IMG/VR virus record: IMGVR_UViG_3300025889_000070
DNA length: 64,000 nucleotides
Source of the DNA: a virus
Lineage: Duplodnaviria; Caudoviricetes
Strand: one strand, 5' to 3'
The notes under the pieces are model-generated. The model made no database searches and was not told the DNA's origin. It saw only the letters and a program-made list of their open reading frames with translations. The translations under genes were made by a program, and so were the position numbers. Below are positions 25,743 to 32,477 of this stretch, in pieces (position 1 is the first letter of the stretch; each line of letters starts with the position of its first letter).

Positions 25743-26081
25743 ATGAGCGAAGACTGGAAAAACATACCTCTCTGTTATCATGTTACTGTAAACATAGACT
25801 ATACATACTTGTGGTTTTTCCACAAGTATTTAAGTTTAGATTTCTATATATTTAGAAGTTTAAATAATCTAGAAGAAGAACTTCAGTATCATTGTGATGC
25901 TTTTGTAAGAAATGCTAGTCTTATATACCAGATTGGAGGAAGCGTAGACTTAAATTACGTTGCTGATCCAGTAAAAGAAGAAGATCTACCTTTTGATCCA
26001 AGCAATAAGCAAGAAAGAGATCATGAAGAATTAAATAAGTATTGGTACAAAATTACTGAATTTCAACGGCAACTTGGGTGA
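25743..26081 (+). CDS. hypothetical protein
   Basis: 112-aa ORF, coupled to a tiny ORF 25687-25743. Confidence 0.65.
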   Translation: MSEDWKNIPLCYHVTVNIDYTYLWFFHKYLSLDFYIFRSLNNLEEELQYHCDAFVRNASLIYQIGGSVDLNYVADPVKEEDLPFDPSNKQERDHEELNKYWYKITEFQRQLG

Positions 26082-26371
26082 TAGTGAATATGCTGTATGA
26101 CGAAAAATGTTTGGACGCCATACAAAACCCTAACATGATGGTGCCCTGGTATCTCATGGCAGCATATGCTTACTACGAAGAGGATGATCCTATTCTCTGT
26201 GATAGTTTATTTGACGCCATGGCCAAACGTATGTTAGAGTGCTGGGATACTACAAAACACTGGCACAAGGATCTAATAACAGTGGAGGACTTACAAGCAG
26301 GTACCCTGTTAAACAGGAACTATCCTAGTAGAGTCATAAACGCTGTTAAATCTTTGCGGTCAGGTAAATAG
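26078..26371 (+). CDS. Stand-alone NAD-dependent DNA ligase N-terminal (Ia)-like domain
   Basis: AYAYYEEDDPILCDSLFD resembles YYxxDxPxxxDxxYD. Confidence 0.6.
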   Translation: MIVNMLYDEKCLDAIQNPNMMVPWYLMAAYAYYEEDDPILCDSLFDAMAKRMLECWDTTKHWHKDLITVEDLQAGTLLNRNYPSRVINAVKSLRSGK

Positions 26372-26400
26372 CAATAACTGCTAAAAAGGAGGGTGCGTTT

Positions 26401-26586
26401 ATGTCTGTGGATTCACGTGATTACATTGTATTAACAGGCTCAAAAGAATTACTCAATGAAGTAGAATATGATAAAGAATTACCTTATCCGTGGGATACAC
26501 AAGACATAGAACACAATCGTAGAATAGTTAAAGAATACCTAGAATTCAGACACAACAGCATTCAGAATAAGATCCAAAACGGGTAG
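26401..26586 (+). CDS. hypothetical protein
   Basis: GGAGG SD. Confidence 0.6.
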   Translation: MSVDSRDYIVLTGSKELLNEVEYDKELPYPWDTQDIEHNRRIVKEYLEFRHNSIQNKIQNG

Positions 26587-26611
26587 TCTGTAATGTGTAA
26601 GGATTTAGTAC

Positions 26612-27172
26612 ATGCAAAAAATGTTGGAACCCTTCCAACTGTTCGATTCGGCACGATGTAAAGAAATAATCGAGCTAGCTAGATTAAAAAAATTACAGTC
26701 TGGGCGGATAGGTTACGGTACTATTCCAGTGGAAGATGCAAAGATAAGAAAAAATCATGTTACTTTTTTGGAATTTGATACTAAAACACGCGGTTTGATG
26801 TGGGATCTTCTCTTACCTTATATAAAGGATCATGAAATAAAATATCTAGAACATCCATATCAGGTTAGCAATTATAGGCCCGGGGAGTTTTATAGTTGGC
26901 ATCAGGATTATACACTGAATAGTAGAAGACGGAAACGAATAGCAACATTAACATGCACATTACAAACAGCACCTGGTGCTATTATTGAAACAAGAAACGG
27001 TAACTTTAATCTGGGTGTAGGCCAAGCAGTGATATTTCCTGCTGAACTTAAACATAGAGCAACAGCGCCAACCAGTGGTGAACGCTGGTCTTTTACAGTT
27101 TGGAGTTGTGTTGCTAAAACTGATGCTGAACTAAATGAAGATATTATTGCTCTTAAGGGCAAAAACGGTTGA
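26612..27172 (+). CDS. 2OG-Fe(II) oxygenase (PKHD/prolyl-hydroxylase type)
   Basis: YRPGEFYSWHQD, VIFPAELKHRA, GERWS. Confidence 0.85.
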   Translation: MQKMLEPFQLFDSARCKEIIELARLKKLQSGRIGYGTIPVEDAKIRKNHVTFLEFDTKTRGLMWDLLLPYIKDHEIKYLEHPYQVSNYRPGEFYSWHQDYTLNSRRRKRIATLTCTLQTAPGAIIETRNGNFNLGVGQAVIFPAELKHRATAPTSGERWSFTVWSCVAKTDAELNEDIIALKGKNG

Positions 27173-27196
27173 CTTCAGCCCTAGACGTGCTATTAT
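27169..27196 (+). promoter_or_regulatory. early promoter
   Basis: TTGACT-N16-TATTAT, preceded by TGC. Confidence 0.8.
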
Positions 27197-27220
27197 ATAT
27201 GTATGTTGAGGAGCAAGGAA

Positions 27221-27337
27221 ATGCGTAAAGTTCGTGTAGCCAAAGATCTGTTTGTTAAGGACAGCCCGTACAAGCCCAGAGTTGTTCGCAACAAAAAGGC
27301 CTATTGTCGTAAACTCAAGCACAAGGGATCTTGCTAA
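27221..27337 (+). CDS. Small basic ArfA-like peptide (38 aa)
   Basis: VAKDLFVKDSPYKPRVVRNKKAYCRKLKHK; GAGGAG SD; missed by the ORF track. Confidence 0.55.
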   Translation: MRKVRVAKDLFVKDSPYKPRVVRNKKAYCRKLKHKGSC

Positions 27338-27762
27338 TGGCTCGCCCTAACAAGCTGCAGAAGTTTGTACAGCGTAGTAACATGTTTGATGGAAACTATG
27401 TTGCTACACAGGAATTTGCTGATGAGACCTACGAGGTGCTCAACTGTTACATCTTTGACAACGGTTTAGAGCCCTGCCCAGTAAATGTGCGCCGTACTAG
27501 AGGTGTTTGGGGTATGTGCGACGGGTGTGTGGAGAATGATGAGTTCCGTGTGCATGAAATTACTCTCACTAATAAGTATCCTTTCCGTGCTATGTTTGTA
27601 GCAACTCTAGCACACGAGATGGTTCATCAATTCCAGTGGGACGTACTCAGCAACGAGCGTTGGGAACAGGGCAAAGAGCCCGTAATGAGTCACGGTCCCA
27701 GTTTCTTCGCTTGGCGGCCAGTGCTTGCTGAATACAACATTCCTCTTACAAAATCATTTTGA
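27337..27762 (+). CDS. SprT-like zincin metalloprotease
   Basis: TLAHEMVH (HExxH) and SHGPSF. Confidence 0.85.
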   Translation: MARPNKLQKFVQRSNMFDGNYVATQEFADETYEVLNCYIFDNGLEPCPVNVRRTRGVWGMCDGCVENDEFRVHEITLTNKYPFRAMFVATLAHEMVHQFQWDVLSNERWEQGKEPVMSHGPSFFAWRPVLAEYNIPLTKSF

Positions 27763-27769
27763 GCTAAAA

Positions 27770-27865
27770 ATGGTATATTTACAAACTGCTATTATCAGTG
27801 TTGGCATTGGTTTTGCTGGGGGATGGATTACTGGCAAAAGTTTACTCAGCTTTTTATTTCAATGA
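27770..27865 (+). CDS. tiny membrane peptide (31 aa)
   Basis: Hydrophobic; ATGA-coupled to tilS. Confidence 0.5.
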   Translation: MVYLQTAIISVGIGFAGGWITGKSLLSFLFQ

Positions 27866-28464
27866 TTCATCTTAGTCAAAAACTTCCTGATCATGTTGGC
27901 GTTGCTGTTAGCGGCGGCGCAGACAGCATGGCAGTTCTAGACTTTGTTCGCAGGAAGCATACCGTAACTGCTTATTTTTTTGATCACCAAACTTATTCGA
28001 GTAGTTTGGGACTGTCTACAGTAAAAAATTACTGTGCTGAGAATGACATTTTTGTTAAAGTTGGTACCTTCGCCAAGGATAAAACTAAAAAAGAAAGCCT
28101 GGAAGAGTACTGGCGAAATCAGAGATATACTTGGTTAAATCAGCAGCCTGATACAATTATTACTGCTCATCATCTAGATGATTGTGTGGAAACCTGGATT
28201 TGGGGCGCATTAAACGGAAATCCCAGACTGCCAAAAACCCAGATTAAAAATATTATTAGACCTTTTTTGACAACAACAAAGCAAGATCTGGTTGACTGGT
28301 GTAATAAAAATAGTATATTATACTATGAAGACGCTACAAACACAGACACTAGATTTACCCGTAACTACATTAGACATGAACTTATGCCACATGCCCGAAA
28401 GGTAAATCCAGGATTGGCAAAAGTTGTGAAGAAAAAGTTAGTAAAGGAATATATGGTCCCATAG
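27862..28464 (+). CDS. tilS: tRNA(Ile)-lysidine synthase (minimal catalytic domain)
   Basis: VAVSGGADS, RNQRY, TAHHLDD..ET, IIRPFL, EDATN..TRNYIRH. Confidence 0.92.
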   Translation: MIHLSQKLPDHVGVAVSGGADSMAVLDFVRRKHTVTAYFFDHQTYSSSLGLSTVKNYCAENDIFVKVGTFAKDKTKKESLEEYWRNQRYTWLNQQPDTIITAHHLDDCVETWIWGALNGNPRLPKTQIKNIIRPFLTTTKQDLVDWCNKNSILYYEDATNTDTRFTRNYIRHELMPHARKVNPGLAKVVKKKLVKEYMVP

Positions 28465-28531
28465 CTCAATTGGTTAGAGCACCCGACTCATAATCGGTAG
28501 GTTCTCAGTTCAAGTCTGAGTGGGACCACCA
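28455..28531 (+). tRNA. tRNA-Ile2(CAU), lysidine type
   Basis: Anticodon loop CTCATAA, paired G1:C72 (not initiator), C4:G69 and C5:G68, A73, CCA; close to E. coli ileX from memory. Confidence 0.85.
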
Positions 28532-28537
28532 AAATTT

Positions 28538-28612
28538 GACCCCTTCGTCTAGCGGTTAGGACAACGGCCTTTCACGCCGTAAACACGAGTTCGATTCTCG
28601 TAGGGGTCGCCA
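28538..28612 (+). tRNA. tRNA-Glu(UUC)
   Basis: GACCCCT/AGGGGTC acceptor, anticodon TTC, CCA. Confidence 0.93.
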
Positions 28613-28618
28613 AAATAT

Positions 28619-28693
28619 GCGGGTATCGTATAAGGGCTATTACCCAAGTCTTCCAAACTTGAGATGTCAGTTCGAGTCTGACTATCCGCTCCA
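28619..28693 (+). tRNA. tRNA-Gly(UCC)
   Basis: GCGGGTA/TATCCGC acceptor, U73, anticodon TCC, CCA. Confidence 0.93.
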
Positions 28694-28709
28694 ACTAAAT
28701 ATTATTAAC

Positions 28710-29264
28710 ATGATTGGTTTACGAACATTAATCCTTAATTCAAATTACATGCCAATAAGTTTTTTTCCTTTACAAACAATACCAGTAGAGGATGCTATTA
28801 CGCGAGTGTTTAAGGGTAGTTGTCATGTTGTATTTGAGTATGATAGGAAAATTGCTCATCCTACACTGGATATGTATTGGCCTAGTGTGATTGCTAGAAC
28901 AAAAAATACAAAAATACGGCGGCATATAAGATTTCAACGTGATACTGTATATTATAGAGATCATGGCAAATGTCAGTATTGCGAAAGTGAATTAGAAATA
29001 TATACTAGTACCTATGATCACGTAGTTCCAAGAAGCCTAGGCGGAGATCATTCCTGGGAAAATGTAGTAACTGCTTGTAGATCTTGTAATAGCAAAAAAG
29101 GAAATCAGTTACCAAAAGGTGATTTTTTACCAATACGGAAACCATATAAACCAAACTATTGGCAACTCTTGGAGGCAAGAAAACTGTTTCCTATATATAT
29201 AGATCATCCTAGTTGGAGTGATTTCCTTTTTGATTGGCAGTCAGATATTTTGGTTCGTGGTTGA
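28710..29264 (+). CDS. HNH endonuclease
   Basis: RDHGKCQYC, TYDHVVPRSLGG, WENVVTACRSCN.KK; start corrected to 28710 because the track start lies in the tRNA. Confidence 0.9.
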   Translation: MIGLRTLILNSNYMPISFFPLQTIPVEDAITRVFKGSCHVVFEYDRKIAHPTLDMYWPSVIARTKNTKIRRHIRFQRDTVYYRDHGKCQYCESELEIYTSTYDHVVPRSLGGDHSWENVVTACRSCNSKKGNQLPKGDFLPIRKPYKPNYWQLLEARKLFPIYIDHPSWSDFLFDWQSDILVRG

Positions 29265-29290
29265 CAATCTGGTAAATAATATGCTATTAT
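29261..29290 (+). promoter_or_regulatory. sigma70-like promoter for tRNA-Thr
   Basis: TTGACA-N18-TATTAT, preceded by TGC. Confidence 0.65.
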
Positions 29291-29301
29291 AATAGAACAA
29301 T

Positions 29302-29377
29302 GCCGGCGTAGCTCAGTTGGTAGAGCAGGGGTTTTGTAAACCTCAGGTCGGGAGTTCAAGTCTCTCCTCCGGCACCA
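29302..29377 (+). tRNA. tRNA-Thr(UGU)
   Basis: Anticodon TGT, canonical D and T arms, CCA; C6:U67 mismatch. Confidence 0.92.
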
Positions 29378-29402
29378 TTTTAGATTGTAAAGGTTACGAA
29401 AA

Positions 29403-29669
29403 ATGAAAAAATCGTTAGTAATTATTGCAGTATTAGTTCTCGGTGCTTGTGCACCTGGAAACCTATGGACTAACAGTGGTTCCAACGGTAAAGCAGAATA
29501 TGCTTATATTGGTTGCCACAAGGTAGTTGAAAATCCAGCTAAGACAGGAGAAATAGCATTTGGGCCTTTTGGTCTAGGTACCTGGACTTCTGGTGATCAT
29601 GTGTTCTTCAAGCAGGTGAGCAAAGACGGAACAGTTAACAAGCTAGCTACTGGAAAGCCTTGTGACTAA
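29403..29669 (+). CDS. lipoprotein
   Basis: Signal peptide with lipobox VLGAC. Confidence 0.7.
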   Translation: MKKSLVIIAVLVLGACAPGNLWTNSGSNGKAEYAYIGCHKVVENPAKTGEIAFGPFGLGTWTSGDHVFFKQVSKDGTVNKLATGKPCD

Positions 29670-29878
29670 TGTCTATAAAAAACGGTATTAGGGGTAACCT
29701 AGATACTCTTATGGATAACAGTGACTGGGCGCTTATTTTTGATTCTACTGGCAAGATTAAAGGTATCTTTATACCTGATTCTGCCGGCGAAGATGCTGAA
29801 ATACCTTTTCCAATCCTGCAAATTTTAAATCAAGAAGGCATTAACATAGACGATGTTGATGAAGTAATGTTACACTGA
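29669..29878 (+). CDS. hypothetical protein
   Basis: TAATG-coupled ORF. Confidence 0.65.
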   Translation: MSIKNGIRGNLDTLMDNSDWALIFDSTGKIKGIFIPDSAGEDAEIPFPILQILNQEGINIDDVDEVMLH

Positions 29879-30333
29879 TGAAAAAAATTATTATCTTTGT
29901 TGTAGCTTTTCTTATTGCTCTAATTCAACCATATGTGATTAAGTATAGCCATAGTTTTGAAGTAAGCGGCAGTAGTAGAGTTCCTACTATTGTTCCTAGA
30001 GACCAAAATCTCAGGGATCCACAGTATGTTTCAGCTAGAGTAATCAGTGCTGAACCAGCCTATAAGGTTGTTTATTACAACAATGCTGGCTTGGTTTGCG
30101 GACACGAGCAAGTTCCAATTAACACAACAGACAACAGAAACTTTCTACAAAAGATCCTGTTCCCTAGAGGTCCAGTGTACACTGAAACTCAGTATAACTG
30201 CTACAACACGCCGGGTGCACAAGAACAACGAGTATTCGCTGGTTACATGGTAACTTTTGAGCATCTAGGTAATCATTACCAAAGATTAGTGGATCACCAT
30301 CCAGGAAAATATATCAGAATTTTAATAAAATAG
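29878..30333 (+). CDS. exported protein, YcfJ-like beta domain
   Basis: N-terminal hydrophobic helix; ARVISAEP...C...C...GYMVTFE pattern. Confidence 0.5.
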   Translation: MKKIIIFVVAFLIALIQPYVIKYSHSFEVSGSSRVPTIVPRDQNLRDPQYVSARVISAEPAYKVVYYNNAGLVCGHEQVPINTTDNRNFLQKILFPRGPVYTETQYNCYNTPGAQEQRVFAGYMVTFEHLGNHYQRLVDHHPGKYIRILIK

Positions 30334-30384
30334 GTTGATTAGTTTTACAAAGTTTAGTATAATAATTATATTGTAAACAACTGA

Positions 30385-30579
30385 ATGGAGGCTATTATGG
30401 CCACTGTAACTAACGATCTCGATTATGCTGCTAACGAAGCTGTCTTTGGGTTGCAGCTCAGTTTTAACCAGGCTGTCCGGTTTGTGTGTCGAAACGCCAA
30501 AGTGGACAATAAGACAGCTAAACATGCTCTCGAAGCTGTAATGACTGGATACAAAGAGAGCAACATGACAGGTGAGTAA
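30385..30579 (+). CDS. hypothetical early protein
   Basis: GGAGG SD; TTGATT-N17-TATAAT promoter at 30335-30363. Confidence 0.7.
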   Translation: MEAIMATVTNDLDYAANEAVFGLQLSFNQAVRFVCRNAKVDNKTAKHALEAVMTGYKESNMTGE

Positions 30580-30835
30580 CATAGGAGTAGGGCCAAACTA
30601 TACAGTTGATAACGTTGTCGATGCTCGGGCAGAATTTAATGCCCGGGCGTTGATAGCACAAGTAGAACAACGTTTAAAAAAATATGGTGATCTGGAAAAA
30701 TATGATGTTTACTGTGAATGGTTTGAAGACACTGGTCCAAACTTTGATTATGAAATATGGCTACGTGATCGCACTGACGACAGTCGCATTGGCCCTTTTG
30801 ATGTTAAAAATCTAGCTAGGAATGATAACATATAA
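30572..30835 (+). CDS. hypothetical protein
   Basis: coupled ORF. Confidence 0.6.
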   Translation: MSNIGVGPNYTVDNVVDARAEFNARALIAQVEQRLKKYGDLEKYDVYCEWFEDTGPNFDYEIWLRDRTDDSRIGPFDVKNLARNDNI

Positions 30836-31064
30836 GCGACTATATAATTATGCTAGCATAATAGAGTATTTGCATAATAATGTAGAACATTGCACCCGCA
30901 GATTCCAGGGCGCCGAAATCCAACCAAAATACCTTAGTACGACAGCACAACGTGTTCTTTACGAAGGTAAAACAGGATTATGGGCCGTAGAAATGCGTGG
31001 TCCGCATATGTATGTAAGTTGTAAAGATCCTGAGTTAGAGTTATTGATAAGGTTAAAATTTTAA
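30822..31064 (+). CDS. hypothetical protein
   Basis: coupled ORF. Confidence 0.6.
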   Translation: MITYKRLYNYASIIEYLHNNVEHCTRRFQGAEIQPKYLSTTAQRVLYEGKTGLWAVEMRGPHMYVSCKDPELELLIRLKF

Positions 31065-31065
31065 T

Positions 31066-31158
31066 GGTGAGATGCCTGAGAGGTCGAAAGGAGCGGTTTG
31101 CTAAACCGTCGTACGTTTAAAAGGCGTACCGTGGGTTCGAATCCCACTCTCACCGCCA
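31066..31158 (+). tRNA. tRNA-Ser(GCU)
   Basis: GGTGAGA/TCTCACC acceptor, G73, anticodon GCT, long variable arm, CCA. Confidence 0.93.
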
Positions 31159-31165
31159 GTTTAAT

Positions 31166-31240
31166 GCGGGCGTAGCTCAGTGGTAGAGCGCAACCTTGCC
31201 AAGGTTGATGTCGTGAGTTCGACTCTCATCGCCCGCTCCA
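31166..31240 (+). tRNA. tRNA-Gly(GCC)
   Basis: GCGGGCG/CGCCCGC acceptor, anticodon GCC, CCA. Confidence 0.95.
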
Positions 31241-31381
31241 GAATGGGGTCACTACCTAATAAGTGCGTTATGGACAATTGTTAGTCCAAGGGTCAAACAA
31301 AGTCAAAAATATATCGACTACAAAGGGTAGTTAATATAGAATGATTAATGTAGTAACAATCTATTACAAAAGGAGAAATCA

Positions 31382-31648
31382 ATGACCACTACAGTTACAA
31401 CCACCAAGCAGGATCGTGTTCTTGCTGCTCTTAAGTCAGGCCAGGAACTAACTGGCAAGCAAATCGAAGCTCGTTTTGGTGTTGGCAATGCCCGCGCCAC
31501 AGTATCAGCTCTTCGCATGAAGGGTTTTGCTATCTATGCTAATGAAAGTGTAGATACCAAGGGTCGTGTTAAGAACAAGTATCGTCTTGGCACACCAAGC
31601 CGCGCAGTAGTTGCTGCAGGCTATCGTGCACTAGCAGCGGCCCAGTAA
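31382..31648 (+). CDS. winged-HTH DNA-binding protein
   Basis: VLAALKSGQELTGKQIEARFGVGNARATVSALR; AAGGAG SD. Confidence 0.75.
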   Translation: MTTTVTTTKQDRVLAALKSGQELTGKQIEARFGVGNARATVSALRMKGFAIYANESVDTKGRVKNKYRLGTPSRAVVAAGYRALAAAQ

Positions 31649-31677
31649 GGTACACCTGAAAGGCTAGCTAGTGTTGG

Positions 31678-31701
31678 GGAGGGGGACGACTGTCCCCCTC
31701 C
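31678..31701. terminator. GC-rich hairpin (terminator or processing site; lacks a U tract)
   Basis: GGAGGGGGAC-GACT-GTCCCCCTCC. Confidence 0.5.
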
Positions 31702-31722
31702 ATATCATGATAAATAACAACA

Positions 31723-31941
31723 ATGCCTAAACAAGATTTTATAGAATACAAAGGTAAGGTCACTAAAGTAATACCTGGTGGTAAATTCTTAGTACAACTA
31801 GAAAACAATCATAATATTACAGCTCATTTAAGTGGGAAGATGCGTCTTAATAAAATAAATGTACTAGAGAATGATACAGTAATAGTTGAAGTTACACCCT
31901 ACGACATTACACAAGGAAGGATTGTTTACAGACAAAAATGA
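31723..31941 (+). CDS. infA: Translation initiation factor IF-1
   Basis: AHLSGKMRLNKINVLEND.V.VEVTPYD...GRIVYR. Confidence 0.93.
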   Translation: MPKQDFIEYKGKVTKVIPGGKFLVQLENNHNITAHLSGKMRLNKINVLENDTVIVEVTPYDITQGRIVYRQK

Positions 31942-32123
31942 GTACTTCTGAAAAGTTTATTTGTAAGCATACTGGCAGAATTTACGGATACGAAGACTGC
32001 ACTGGTTATTTAGATCCAGACTTTGTACCTAAGTGCAAATGTAACAGTGTTTGCGTGTATAATGTGGTAGATAATTGTGAATGTGGCTCTAAAATACTAT
32101 ACCATTATGGAGTTCAATATTAA
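31938..32123 (+). CDS. small Cys-rich protein
   Basis: CKC..C...CEC. Confidence 0.55.
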   Translation: MSTSEKFICKHTGRIYGYEDCTGYLDPDFVPKCKCNSVCVYNVVDNCECGSKILYHYGVQY

Positions 32124-32452
32124 TGGATATTATTAAACTAACTGATTCTGCTAAGAAATATATTACCAGTGTAGCAAAAACACAGGAAAAACCCTATGTT
32201 TGGTTTGGTGTTGACGGCGGCGGATGCAGTGGTTTTACCTATAAATGGGACTTCACAGATGCGGTAGATGAGGGTTTTGTTATAGAATGCGGAGATGGCA
32301 TAAGCCTAATCGTTGATAAGGTAAGCGAAATGTATGTCTTAGGTAGCACAATAGACTACGTAACAGAACTAAGCGGCAGTTTCCTTAAAGTTATTAACCC
32401 ACTTGCTGACAGCAGTTGTGGTTGCGGTGAAAGTTTTAATGTAAAATTCTAA
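32123..32452 (+). CDS. iscA: A-type Fe-S carrier (IscA/SufA/ErpA, HesB family)
   Basis: GGGCSGFTY, NP...SCGCGESF. Confidence 0.9.
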   Translation: MDIIKLTDSAKKYITSVAKTQEKPYVWFGVDGGGCSGFTYKWDFTDAVDEGFVIECGDGISLIVDKVSEMYVLGSTIDYVTELSGSFLKVINPLADSSCGCGESFNVKF

Positions 32453-32477
32453 TAAATACCATAAACAAGGACGGTTT

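Noticed and set aside
28617-28709. HNH N-terminal extension in the track
   Set aside because: It reads through tRNA-Gly; the real start is the ATG at 28710.
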